A stretch of 64,000 nt of DNA from Mobula hypostoma (lineage: Eukaryota), in assembly GCF_963921235.1 (NCBI RefSeq), contig NC_086120.1, forward strand, positions 22,010,001 through 22,074,000. Reading direction: 5' to 3'. Shown here one piece after another: positions 11,412-23,894 of the stretch. Position 1 is the stretch's first letter. The number at the start of each line of letters is the position of its first letter. The position numbers and the translations under genes were made by a program. Below the pieces are notes generated by a model. That model did no database searches. It was given only the letters and a program-made list of their open reading frames with translations, and was not told where the DNA came from.

Positions 11412-13365
11412 AAATTGATCTTGGACAAGGCTGAAGGGCCTGTACTGTGTTGTAATGTTCTATGGTTCACAGTAACTTAAGCTACTCTACGCTCTTCTAC
11501 TCTGCTGATTGTCTTGCCACACACCGACGCTGGGAGCAAGTTACAGTGGCATATTAACCTGTGAACCAGCACACCTTTAGGATGTGTAAGAAACTGGACC
11601 ATCAGGAAAAACAAATGTGGTTTTTAGGAAGAACATATAACTTCCAGCTTGTCAGCTCTAGAGGTCAGGATAGGAGCTGGGTAACTGGAGCAGCCTTACC
11701 TACTGTGCACTCCTGTTGCCTCTTTCTCTTAATTGTAACTCCCAACTCTGTTCCTTTCCATGTTATTACTAATACTTATATTGACTCCTCAACCCCAAGT
11801 ATTTCCATTTGTGAAATCTGGTTGTGTGAAAGTTACCCATTGACTTTCCTGCAGCTCATCAACTGCAAAGATGCATCCTTAAAGATGAACGACTTTGGGC
11901 CGCGCTAAGATTGTGAAAGCCGTCTGAATAGAGGTCTGGAGGCAGACAGCTCATTCCATTTATACCAGAGCCTGCACTAACCCAGGAACATCTGATAAAG
12001 ACCCAGATAAAAAGCTAGAGGAACTCAGCAGGTCAGGCAGCATCTATGGAAAGGGATAAGGAGTCAACGTTTCAGGCAGAGATCAGGACTGTCCCGAATC
12101 TTCATTAGTACTGTCCTGACAAAGGGTCAGCTCAAAAATGTCAACCGTTATTCCTTTCCATAAGCCCGACCTGCTGAGTGCCTCCAGCATCCACTCTACA
12201 TTCCAACATCTGCAGAATTTCTTGTTTTTAAGATATAGACCAAGAACTTCTCTCTCGCAACCAATCTCTTTCTGCGAATATTATGCATCCCTCTCTGACC
12301 CAATCTCTTTAAACCTTTCATTCCCACTGTCAGGTATAATTTACACTCTACGTGCCGTCTGAACCTGTGACGTTGATGCCAATCAAATGTACCTGTGTCT
12401 CACTGTACTTATTCATATGACAATAAATTCAACTGCATGCAGCCCCCCCTCACCCCCATGAACCTTTTCCTTGGATATAGTGTTTTGAGAGTTGTGATTT
12501 TAGTGGGCTGAAACGCCAGTTGCAAATTTCTACACATGTTTGGTGGAGAGCATTCTGACTGGTTGCCTCACAGCCAGGTACGGAGTTTCCAATGCACATG
12601 ACTGCAAGAGACTGCAGAGGGTTATAGAGGGGCAACTCCATCACTTCCTCAACCCTCCCAGCCATCGAGGACATCTCCATGAGGCGGTGCCTCAAAAGTG
12701 GGACACCCATCATTTAAGACCCTCGCCACCCAGGACCTTCGCCTCACTACCACAGGAGGAAGTGATAGAGCACCGTGAAGACACGCATTTAACGCTGTAA
12801 GAACATCTTCTTGCCCTCCACTATCAGATTTCTGAACAGTCCATGAATACTACTTCCTTATTCGTATTTTACATTATTTGTAACTTTCAAAAACTTTTAT
12901 GCCTTGCAATGTACTGCCGCCGCAAAACAGCAAATTTCAGGGCATACCCATGTCACGGATAATAAACCTGGTTTTAATTCTATCTGAATACACGATTCTT
13001 CGCTGCCCCAATCTATTTCATTCGGTCCATCTCAGTAACACCGGTGCTCTCTGTTTGTATAGCTAATGGTCCAATTAGTAGAAGTTAGCTACTGAAGGGG
13101 TCAGCAAGCGGCCCCGACTGTGCGAGTACACTCAGGATAGAGAGAAGCGGAGGGGTGTCTCCGCGGGGCCACTCGATGTTTGTGTATTGCAGGGTCAGGA
13201 GCGAGGTGCTTCCTGGCTTTAGGGGGTAGGTCACACCTCGTTAGCAGGAAGGCACCGAGCCTCTCGCCTACTAATTGGCCGCGATGCGCTACACGGGGAG
13301 GGAAGGGTGCGAATATATTGCGGCTCCCTCCGAGGCCACTACCCAACTCCCCCCTGTCTCTCGCC

Positions 13366-13645
13366 ATGCGCCGGGGTGCCGGTGCCTTGCTGCTTCTCCT
13401 GCTCGTGTCCTCGGGACCGGGTAACACCGCCAGCCTGCCCGGCCAGAGCCAACAGATACGGTCCAAGGCACTTAAGAGGTTGTTGGAGGTGTTCGGGATG
13501 GAAGATGCGCCGCCGTCGCCTCATAAGGTACGCCAACCTCCCCAGTACATGCTGGACCTGTACAACACGGTGGCAGATGCGGACGGGGTGACCAAAGAGC
13601 CCGACCTGCTGGTGGGAAACACGGTGCGCAGCTTCCTGGATAGAG
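13366..13645 (+). CDS. admp: ADMP exon 1; CDS join(13366..13645,13746..13888,16935..17054,20185..20377,23121..23512), 375 aa
   Basis: gccATG start, signal peptide MRRGAGALLLLLLVSS, BMP prodomain motif PPQYMLDLYNTVAD...GNTVRSF. Phase-1 donor G|gtgag. Confidence 0.92.
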
Positions 13646-13745
13646 GTGAGAGTCCTTCTCCCTGCTGATGCCCGGTGCTCAGGGACTGTTCCCGGCCACC
13701 TCCGGCTCCACTGACCTCTACGCTTTATATGCTTGCTTTCCTCAG

Positions 13746-13888
13746 CACGTAATCAGCAGTTCATGTTCTTCTTCAACCTGTCCAGCGTGGCCAAGAGCGA
13801 GACGATCTTGACCGCCGAGCTGCATCTCTTCAAACTGCGGGGTCGCCCGTCCCAGGATCCCGGGCAGCATAAGCACCACCTTTGTCAG
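13746..13888 (+). CDS. admp: ADMP exon 2
   Basis: Acceptor ttcctcag. FFFNLSSV...LTAELHLFK prodomain motif. Donor CAG|gtaaga; phases consistent. Confidence 0.92.
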
Positions 13889-14539
13889 GTAAGAAGTGTC
13901 TGTCGCCTCCGTCCATCCTTTCCCTCCCGCAGCCTCTTTCTCCCCTGTGAACCTGCATTGACACAGGGTGAGCGAGAGGGCAAAAGCAATATTGCTGGAA
14001 GAACTCGGTGGTCAGGCAGCCCCTGTGTGTCGGAGGTGGTGAGAGATGCTCAGTCGATGTTTCGGGACGAGACTCTTCCATGTGGACGCCTGGATTCCAG
14101 CATCCACAGTCTCGAGTGAGAGAGGTGGGTGGTGCGGGGCACAGGAGCTGAAAACCGAGGCAGAGGTTCTGCTACAGAAAACGCTGAAAGAATCCCAGAA
14201 AAATGGGCGAATAGCAGTCATTAAGATAAAGTACATTTAGGAATAAACAGAGAGAGAAAAAAAGTAAGGAATTGGAGAAAAAAGCGAAAGTCGAGAAGAG
14301 GTTGCGTGGTTTTAAACGTGTTACCCAGGTGGGTGAATTTGTTGGTGTGTTTCTCCTCAGGGCATCCGAGCATAAAGCTATTTCAAACTTATGTAAAGTT
14401 TAGTTATGGGTCTTGCAGGTAATTATTTTGCAGCTGAATTTCTTTACAGTTTGCAACCTTGAGACTGGGAACTACACTCAGAGACCCGGTACAGAGGGTT
14501 CCCTTCTGTTGAAATCCATGAAGAACAAATGTTAAACGT

Positions 14540-14880
14540 TAACACAAGAAATTGGGCAGGTGCTGGAAATCCAGAGCAACACACACAACACGCTGGAGCA
14601 ACTCCGCAGGTCAGGCAGCATCCATGGAGATGAATAAACGGTCGACGTTTCCGACCGAGACCCTTCATCGGGACTGGAAAGGAAGGGGAAAGACTCCAGA
14701 ATAAAAAGGTTGGGGGTGCGGGGGGGGGGGAGGATAGCTGGAAGGTGATAGGTAAACCAGGTGGGCTGGAAAGGAGGGAATATGATAGGAGAGGAGAGCG
14801 GACCATAGGAGGGCCATCAGGGGGAAGTGAAAGGCAGGTGAGAAGAGATAAAGGCCAGAGTGGGGACACCGGGAAGTTCC
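14540..14880 (-). mobile_element. Penelope-type pLTR fragment in ADMP intron 2
   Basis: Same terminal sequence family as 31830..32420. Hammerhead core is mutated (CCGAUGA). Confidence 0.7.
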
Positions 14881-16934
14881 ACTTTTGGCGAATAGAACGG
14901 AGGTGCTTGATGAAGTGGTCCCTGCTCTTGGACCTGCTTCAAATGGTGCGAATGTATTTAGATAATTGTTTAAAAAGCAATAAATAACAATTTTGTTTGA
15001 TTATTTTTATTAGCTTCTATATGTCTTTTGAATGTCAGATGTTTATGCCTAAAAGTTGGACCCTCTCCTCTGTCCTGCTGAATTCACTCCAATCCTGCAC
15101 AAAAATACTGAAATTGGGCAAAAATCTGTTAAAAGGTCTTTTGCACACAGATGGAGAGACTGCATTACAAAGAAACCCAGAAAGGAAAAAAAGCAGAAGT
15201 GAAAGATTTGGTGTGTGGGTAATCAGAGAAAACAGGAGCTTTGAGGGAGCTGCAGTAAGGCCTAGCAATTGTCACGCCACTGCCCCACTGATCACTGGGA
15301 AGTGGGTCAGCGGGGCGATGGTGGCTGCTGAACAGCTGCAGAAATAACTGCCATGCAGGTGAGGGAAAACACAGAGGCGGAAAACACAACATATTGGTCT
15401 TACCAATCATGCAACAACTAACTCTCAAGCCATGACAATAACTGACCAAGGACCTGTGAGTATTGCAGATTTGATTTGGGGGGAAAAAATCTCCAGATGC
15501 TGGAAATCTGAAGTAAAAGCAGAATATACTGGAAAAACTTAGTAGGTTACAAAACCTTGACTTTTTCTTTCCACAGATGCTGCCTGAACACCTGAGTTTT
15601 TCCAGCATTTTCTCTTTTGAATTGAACAAAATGGCTGTAGTTAGTGATGATACTACAACAGGTAGGCTAACTGGCCTTGAAATGTGGCATTACTTTTGTA
15701 GTTCTCCAGTTCTCTCCAGAACCCAGGGGATTGTGATAGATTACAACTAATGTACCCATTAACACTGCAGCCACTTTCGATAAGACCTTATGAAGAAAGC
15801 CTTTAGGTTGGGGGATGCCCTCTCTGTGGACCAATAACTCCTCTCCAAATTAGAAAGTCACACTCACTGTTCCCCTGCAATCACACTGGTTCAAAATGAC
15901 ATTACGATAAGCCCACACTTTGAAAGAATAATATCTCTGGCACTTTATTGTAATTAAAAAAATAACCATACTGGAACATGTTCTATACATTTCTGTGCCT
16001 TTGAATTCATTTTTAAGGTACAGGAATGTAGTAATTTTATTTTTGTATAATAATTCAAAAAATGGTAAAAAAAAAACCTGTCAAGCAATCACTTGCAATA
16101 GAAATCGACTGACTACTTGATAGCAAACGTTTTATATCATTAAGGTTAATTCTGATTTTGTCCCAAAGTATCATGTTCTTATTGTTAAACATGCCATATG
16201 TCTAATATTTGAGAATGATGGATGGTTTAGACTTTGTCATACCATGAGGAATATAGGATACAAATTGGCACTTGTTTGGATCCTAACCGTTTAAACTGAT
16301 TTTTGCTATATGCATATTACAATGTGTACCAATGAGATTGCCTATAACTACACAAATTTCCTGCCAAGGTTAAAATGAATCAGGCACACCATCATGTGTA
16401 GTTTCCCATCTGTACCCATGTAGGAAATTCCTTATCATGGAGTTTGAGTAAAAGGCCAGAAACAAGAAACTAAGTTTTGAGGAATACCTTAGCTCAGCCC
16501 TAGCATTAATTATAACTCTGAGATTTTATCTGCCAATGAAACATTATGGCTTGGAAATTCAAAATGATGGTAGGTAGGAGGGAGCAATCCTGAAGCCACC
16601 TCAATGTCCAAGACAATTTGGACACTCAATGTTTTAGGACCAGCTTCTTGTCCTCTATCACCAGATTTCTTAATGACCCATGAACACTACCTCATTACCA
16701 TATTTTGCACTCTTATTTACTTTTGTAACATATAGTTATTTTTGTCTGGCACAACATGAAACAACAAATTTCACAACATATGTCAGAGATAATTAACCTG
16801 ATTCCGATAAGTTTCTCCCCCATTTAGGTCTGAAGGAAATGTGCCATGCACTCAGTCCATCTCAAAAGTCATGTGAGTTTATCTTCAAAGGACTAGATGT
16901 TGCAACTTGTCTGAGCTGTAATCTCTTTTCTCAG

Positions 16935-17054
16935 GTTAGTGTCTACCAGATATTGGACAATAGCACGTCAACAGTAAAAGGGAAAAGATTATTGTCAACC
17001 AGAGTACTTCCAGTCCATGACAGCACATGGGAGGTCTTCACAATCACTAATGCT
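16935..17054 (+). CDS. admp: ADMP exon 3
   Basis: Acceptor cttttctcag. VSVYQILD...LLSTRVL...WEVFTITNA. Donor gtaagt; phase 0-0. Confidence 0.9.
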
Positions 17055-17499
17055 GTAAGTGTCTTCAACAGAAATAATATTTGTAGTTTCTGTATGGCAT
17101 GTATAACTACATGGTTTCCATTACTGATGGCGAATGCCCATAATTTCTGCTGTAACATATTTAGTATCCATACCAGCTCTTGATAAAATTAAAGGATAAT
17201 ACAGTACAGAAGACCATTTGGCCCATAATGCCTGTGTTAGCCATTTAACTCTTGTTAAACCAACAAAACTAGTCAGCTTTGGTTGTAAATACGTCAAAAG
17301 ACAGTAATACCTGTGGCAATAATTGAACTTGTTATAACTACAGGAATAACTGCACAGTACCCACATACCTGCAGAAGATTATACAGAGCCGCTTTAGAAC
17401 TATGGGGAGTACTTGTGTCACAACTTCAGCCCGCACCATTAAGCACATGCCAATTACAGTACTAGATGCTTGATTTGGAGCAATACCTTGTCATGCTAA

Positions 17500-19450
17500 C
17501 CAGGGAAATGGCTGTTTTAGGTATAGTATTATTGATAAGATGGGGTTAATTAATGAGTTCATATTAAAGGATGCCCTAGGTAATTACAATAGGGTCAGTC
17601 GGCTAAAGTGGAATTGAGCAAAACATGTGAAAGGATAAAATGGTAGATATACATTGATAGATATTTAAGAAATTTGATAAATCTCATGAAGATTTATACC
17701 AATGAGGAAGAGTGGCTCTGTGAGAAGGATGTAGTTAATTAAGCTCAGGATAACGTTAAATTGAAGGAAGATGTGCATTGGAAAGAATTTTTCGCTAGAA
17801 CTAAGCGGAGAATGAATAAAGAAATTGTGAAGGAGCAAATAGAGCTCTTGAGTAAACTAGAAAATAAATTTAAAACAGAGTATATTAAAAGGAAGAGAAA
17901 AGCTAAAATAAATATTGGTCAGCTAAAGTGTAAGACTAGGGAATTAATAATGGAAATATAATCTGTCTTCATGGGAGACATCCCAATTGAAATAGTCAAG
18001 TGGCTACAGGGAGGAAGCAATCTATAACAATCCCTATCAATAAATAAAATGTACTTAGTGATTTAATGGGGCTGAAGTTTGACGTGTCTCCTGAACTTTG
18101 CGTTTGTGTGCTTGACAAAACTAAGGGTGTAACAAAGTGGATAAAAGGCAATCAGTAAATTGTATTTGGATTTCCAGAAGGCATTTAGTAATATGTCATT
18201 GCTGATTTTTTTTTATTATTATTATTTCATTTTTTCTTTCTTTTTGTATTTGCATTTGGTTGACTTTTGTATGCTGGTTGTCCACCCTACTGAAGCAATC
18301 TTTCATTGATTCTATTATGGTTATTGGATTTATTGAGTATGCCCGCAAGAAAATGAATCCCAGGGTTGTATATGGTGACATATATGTACTTAGAACTATA
18401 AAAGTTTACTATGTAAAACAAAAGTCCACAGGGTTGGTGGTAACATATTGCCATGGAAGTGGGAGTGGGTAACCAACAGAAACCAGAATTGGGACAAATT
18501 TTTGGATTGGTAATCAGCACCCAGTACGGTGTCACCTATGAAGGCTGAGACCTCAACGATTATCTTATTTGTGATGAAGGAACAAAATATACTGTGGTCA
18601 TATTTACAGGTCACATGAAGGTAAGTCAGTTAGCAATTTGTGATAGGATCCAAAGAGTCTAGACACGGATAGATAGATTAAACGAGTGGCAAGAAGTTGA
18701 CAGATAATCAGAAACATGGGAAATATGAATTTATCTACTTTGAAAAGAAGAATGATATATTGAATGATTATTTCAATATATTTAGACTAGAAAATGTTGG
18801 GTATAAAAGGACTGGGGTGTTAGTGTGTGAAACAAAGGGTTGCTATAACGGTACAGCTAATAATTAGAAAGAGGAATGGAATCTTTTCCTTTGTTAAAAC
18901 GAGTACAGTGTACAAAAGTCAGATAGTTTTGATGTAACTTTATTGCATACTGGGGAAACAGTTGTGGTTTCCAAATTTATGGAAGGATCAATGTGCAATG
19001 GAGGTAATGCAGGTACGTTCACTAGGTTGATTCTGGGAATGACGCAGATGATGCATGGAGGAGGTTGAGCAGGTTTGGCCTCTACTCATTGGAGCTTAGA
19101 AGGATGAAAGGTGAATCACACAAGATTATGAAGGGGTGTGACAGGGTGGATATTGAGAGGATATTTCTTCTAGTAGAGGTATCTAGAACAAGGAGTTTTG
19201 ATTTCAGCATAAGAGATTATTCAATTCAGACACCAATGAAAAAGTTTACCTCTCAGAAGGCTAAGACTTTTTGGGATTCTTTACTCTCGAGAGTTATGGG
19301 ATTGGAGTAATTGAATATGTTCACAGAGGAGATTTACATACATCTGAGGCCCTAGGGAGTACGAAGAGGGCATGGGAAACTGGATCAGCCATGACTTTAT
19401 TGAATGGTGGAGCTGGTTTGAGATGCCATTCACCTGTTTCTGCTCCTGTT
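17500..19450 (+). mobile_element. Old decayed CR1 LINE with a Rex1-type 3' fragment inserted at ~18205-18395
   Basis: Degenerate CR1 ORF2 pieces (ttggatttccagaaggcattt; FGLYSLELRRMKG). Confidence 0.7.
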
Positions 19451-20184
19451 CCCCATCCACATCTGTGTAATGAGCAATGCATTGGTTCGTATGTAGGCCC
19501 AAGGGAGAAGGTGGATTTTGTGCCCTGAAGTTGAATGAAAACAAGCAGGCCAGGCTGACTGGGAGCCACAGTAGATTAATTTAAAAACTAGTTACAACCA
19601 TAGCTCCACAGCAGAAACTCTCTCATCATCTGATGTCATATTCATGGTCTTACAGATGTTTGGATGGATTATGAATTTTACAAGTAGACAGTAACTTGAG
19701 CAGGATTAGAAAACAATGAAATGTAAAATAGGTTTTTGAAGTAATGGTGGATTCAGTTCAGTATATTTTTAAATCAACATGGAGCCACAACAAATTTCAA
19801 TGTTTAATTTCATCCAATATCAATTGTGACAGAGATGCCCAAATACTCTAGTTAAAAAAGCTGTTAATTTGAACTAAGTCATACTTTTACTGGGTTGAGG
19901 GAGATTTATTTTGTATCAGACTCAGCACTACCTCATTCTGGTAACATAATAATATGAGAAATTGAGCTAGGAGGTCATTCAGCCATTCATCATCCAGTAT
20001 GATCATGGCTGACTTTCGACTGACTTTTGACTTCAGGGCTGCTTTCCTATACTAACCATCCATCTCTCATTTCCTTTAATATTCAAAAATCTAAAAGCAG
20101 TTTATGAGGCACAACAGAAGGAATCTCATTCTGCCAGAAACACTTGCTGAACTTGATTGATGGAAGTTTTGTTTATTCATGTAG

Positions 20185-20377
20185 GTATATGACTGGATAC
20201 GGGATAAAGATAGCAACAAAGGCTTGCTTGTCAGTGTGCAGGGCCTGGCTGGAGAGCAACTCAATAACTACATCCACTTTGCCACTGGGAGAGACCATCA
20301 CAGTAGCAAAAAGCCAATGGTGGTTCTCTTTACAGACGATGAAAGGAGAGGGACTGCCACCTCCAGTTCTTCAATAG
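20185..20377 (+). CDS. admp: ADMP exon 4
   Basis: Acceptor ttcatgtag. VYDWIRDKDSNKGLLVSV...KKPMVVLFTDD. Phase-1 donor G|gtaatt. Confidence 0.9.
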
Positions 20378-20415
20378 GTAATTCTTCAGTTTCTACAACT
20401 AAAGAGTCTATCACA

Positions 20416-20610
20416 AACACAAGAGATTCTGCAAATACTGGATATCCAGAATAACAGACACAAAATGCTGGAGGAGCTCAGCAGGTCAGGCAGCATCTAC
20501 GAAGAGGAATAAACAGTTAATGTTTCGGGCTGAGACCGTTATCAGTCCTGTACCGGCCCGAAATGTTGACTGTTTATTCCTCTCCAAAGAGTTCCTCCAG
20601 CATTTTGTAT
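20416..20610. mobile_element. Penelope-derived fold-back mini-element with 13-bp TSD
   Basis: agagtcta(t/c)caca at 20403..20415 and 20611..20623. Internal inverted pLTR halves. Confidence 0.75.
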
Positions 20611-21749
20611 AGAGTCTACCACAGTGATGCACTGATGCTCTTACAGAAAGTTGTCATTGGATCTGTACATCAATGAGTTAGCTTAATGTCAGACTAGTTC
20701 CCTCTAGTCTTCCTTCAGGTTCATTTTAGAGAATAAAATTCCCATTCAGTTACGTACAGTTGTGATTAATTCATAACTCCTGATGGTTCATAGGGTTCAT
20801 ATACTAGCTGACTTAATGCCTTAAGGTATAACTGCGTATTGGATTCTATAGGATGAAACATAATCTGGACTATTTGTTTGGACATGCAGAGTAATTTCTC
20901 TAACTGTCACCAGCCTGAGGACACTGCAATTAACCATTAGTTGTCCTCCTGACTACTATTGCAATGACAGGATAGATCCTCCCGTCTCCTCCATCTTCTG
21001 CCTTGCCCCTGGAAGTCATTTATATTTTCAATTCACTTTTTCATAAATCTCTTAATATCCCAGACTACTGTCTTTAAACTTCAATTATATGTCTGTCAGA
21101 AATTTGAAGCAAATTGGAGATTAATATTCATTATACATTAAAGACTAGTTGGGTGATATACTGGTGAACTAATGTAGCCTGTGGAAAAGCAAATAATAAT
21201 GATGAGGAGACAATTGTAGCTTTCAGTAGTGAATGGTAACGTAACAGTGATTTTGTTTAACATTCAAAGATTTAGAGATTATTATTAGAAACAAAGTCAA
21301 TATCAATGAACACTAGAGGGCATTGCCAAACCAGTAACTGAGAAGGAGCTGTTTTAAAATCAAGGGATATTACTACTTGCTGAACAGTGGCCCACATTCC
21401 AATGCAAGAGAGGGACAAGGAGTATCTGAATTCAGGCTGCTGCTCACTGAACCCACACAAAAACAGTATAACTGGTGTACTAGCCCTGCCCACCTGGCCT
21501 GACAGGAATCTTCGACCCTATGTCAGTTTGTGGTTCCCACTTTGGGCTCACCATTAGTCTTAGAATCCACAACACTTAAGTGGAAGCAAGTTATCCTCGA
21601 TCCAACAGACTGGAGAGTTTGACAGGATGATTGCAGTCTCTTATTTGAACAGATGAATCAGACCGTGTACTAGATTTTCCCCATTAGCAGTTTTACTGCC
21701 AGTCTGCTCTAAAACAGTTCTTCACAGTCCACATCATACTGCCAGTCTC

Positions 21750-22745
21750 TGTGTTATTAGCAGACACTGTACCTCCTGTACCTAATAAAATGGCCACTTT
21801 GTGCATGTTCATAGTCTTCCCATCCACATCAAGGTTCAATGTGCTGTGCATTCAGAGATGCTCTTCCACACACGACTGTTGTAACACATGGTTATTCGAG
21901 TTACTGTTGCCTTCTTGTCAGCTTGAACCAGTTTGATCATTCTCCTCTGACCGCTCTCATTAACAAGGCATTTTTGACCACAGAACTGTAGCTCACTAGA
22001 TGTTTTTTTTTGCACCATCCTCTCCAACCCTTTTTTTTGCCATGGGCCCCTAACATTAACCGAAGGGTCCGTGGATCCTAGCATGGGAACCCCTGCCCTA
22101 TAGACTGCTGTGCATGAAAATACCAGGAGATCAGCTGTTTCTGAGATACTCAAACCACCCTGTCTGGCACCAACAATCATTCCACAGTCATGTGTTCGTC
22201 CATCATCGTCGTCGATGAAGACCTCGACACCATTGATGGTGTCGAGCCGAGCACGATTTGAATTTAAGTGAGGGAGAGCTGCGCAGCGTCAGCCTCACTC
22301 TCTCTTCCCAATTCCCATCTGAATACAGTGGCAAGACAGAGTCAAGACGGCTGGAGATGGGACTAGGCGCAGTGGATGACCAGGACGTCTTCTGTGTCTT
22401 GTCATGCTCTACATGTTCCATGACGCTTGCAGAGACTGCCTTCTTGACCATTGGACCTTCCATTGGTCTCATCCACTCAATCCGCCGGAGTCTGTCTTCA
22501 CATGCTGGGATAGACATCTCCCTATCTCACCAAGGGTTTGAGACCCGTTGGCTACCCTCACCTGGTTTAGACGGCTTGTCGAGGCCGTTATGCAGGGTGT
22601 GGCCGCTGTCAGCTCTCATTCCACAGTCAAAGTCACTTAGATCACATTTCTTTCCTATCTGATGTTTGGTCTGAATGACAAACTGAACCTCTTGACTATG
22701 TCTGCATGCGTTTATGCATTGAGTAAAGTGTACATGGAGTGTGTA
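21750..22745 (-). mobile_element. Tc1-like non-autonomous element (same family as 6158..6674) with nested insertions
   Basis: Peptides MIVGARQGGLSISETADLL and QADKKATVTRIT. TIR remnant cctaataaaatggccact. Confidence 0.8.
22191..22615 (-). mobile_element. 425-bp RTE-derived non-autonomous retroelement with perfect 14-bp TSD
   Basis: TCATTCCACAGTCA at 22177..22190 and 22616..22629. CpG-rich, with RTE-like 5'UTR and 3' end. Confidence 0.75.
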
Positions 22746-23120
22746 AGGATATAATGTCCAGCAGAGAAAATATTAGAAAAGCTTCAACAGATTAAGTAGT
22801 CCATAGCTATTCTAACTTGTATACTTGATGCTTTGTATTTAACTTGACGAAATACTGCAAAGCAGGATCCAAATGTTTAAATGGAAAACTAATTCCAATC
22901 CGCTGGAAAAGTAAATAAATGATAAAATTATATAAAATCAGCAAGGTAATATATCCACACATAAAGACAGATCTACAGTGGGTCCACATGCATAGAATAG
23001 GTTCTGCTGCCCTTAAAACCACAACAGCCTTCAGGTTCTTAATGTCTTTAAATATTGACATCTGTAATAATTTTGCTTTGATTTTGTTAATAACATTGTT
23101 AACTTTTGACTTTGCCATAG

Positions 23121-23512
23121 AGACTCCATTTCTCTCGGAAGTGACACTTCACGATAAAGCAAGCCAGAGTCGCAACACAAGATCCTTGAATTTGCAAGGC
23201 TGCCAGAGGTATCCTCTTTATGTGGATTTTGAAGAGATTGGCTGGTCTGGTTGGATCATCTCCCCTCGGGGTTACAACGCTTACCACTGCAAAGGAGCAT
23301 GCATTTTCCCACTGGGGCAAAATATGAGACCTACCAACCACGCCACCGTCCAATCCATTATAAATGCCCTTAAGCTAACTAATGGTGTTGCAACTCCCTG
23401 CTGCATCCCCGACAAACTCTTCTCCATCAACCTGCTGTACTTTGATGATGATGAAAATGTGGTCCTAAAACAGTACGATGATATGGTTGCTGGCAGTTGT
23501 GGATGTCATTAG
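23121..23512 (+). CDS. admp: ADMP exon 5 (furin site RNTR and mature TGF-beta cystine-knot domain)
   Basis: PLYVDFEEIGWSGWIISPRGYNAYHCKG...QNMRPTNHATVQSII...QYDDMVAGSCGCH* matches ADMP ligands as recalled. Seven cysteines; phase-1 acceptor. Confidence 0.95.
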
Positions 23513-23849
23513 TTCATTGACTTCTTCAAGCACCACCTAACTGCACCAGTTAGAAAATCATGACTGTCAGGCAGAGAACATATGTGATTTTTTTATGGAG
23601 TTAGTATGTGTGGAAGTGGGGAAAAAAGCATCTTCAAAAGATCTGCAAGATTTTAAAACCACAATTAAGTAAGTAAACTGCTTGTCCAAGTGATTGACAC
23701 TTTTTTTTACAAAAGTCATTCCACAAGCTGTGGTACTGCACAGCAGACAATTGTATGATATGTTTATATGTTTAAATATACAGATGTATTAATATATGCA
23801 GAATTGTGAAAAGTATTGTGAGTTGATAGTGTATAATTTTAAACAATCT

Positions 23850-23894
23850 AATAAATATAAATGGATTCTACAGAGTAATAAACACAACATTAAA
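23850..23894 (+). terminator. Clustered polyadenylation signals of ADMP
   Basis: AATAAA at 23850 and 23877, ATTAAA at 23889, about 340-380 nt after the stop. Confidence 0.6.

Larger units (their letters stand above)
6770..11465 (+). mobile_element. Cluster of several decayed CR1 LINE fragments
   Basis: Multiple frameshifted CR1 ORF2 pieces (ORFs at 6945, 8198, 9645, 9962, 11024) and CR1-type 3' tails. Confidence 0.9.
13090..13920. promoter_or_regulatory. CpG island over the ADMP 5' end
   Basis: Abrupt rise in GC and CpG content relative to CpG-poor flanks, overlapping exons 1-2. Confidence 0.7.

Noticed and set aside
13180-13365. Upstream in-frame extension of the ADMP ORF
   Set aside because: Starts at a non-ATG codon; the signal peptide begins at the Kozak ATG at 13366.
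22520-22590. Twister-like GGGUCUCAAACCC loop on the - strand
   Set aside because: Better explained as a simple hairpin; the T1 pseudoknot partner is mismatched.
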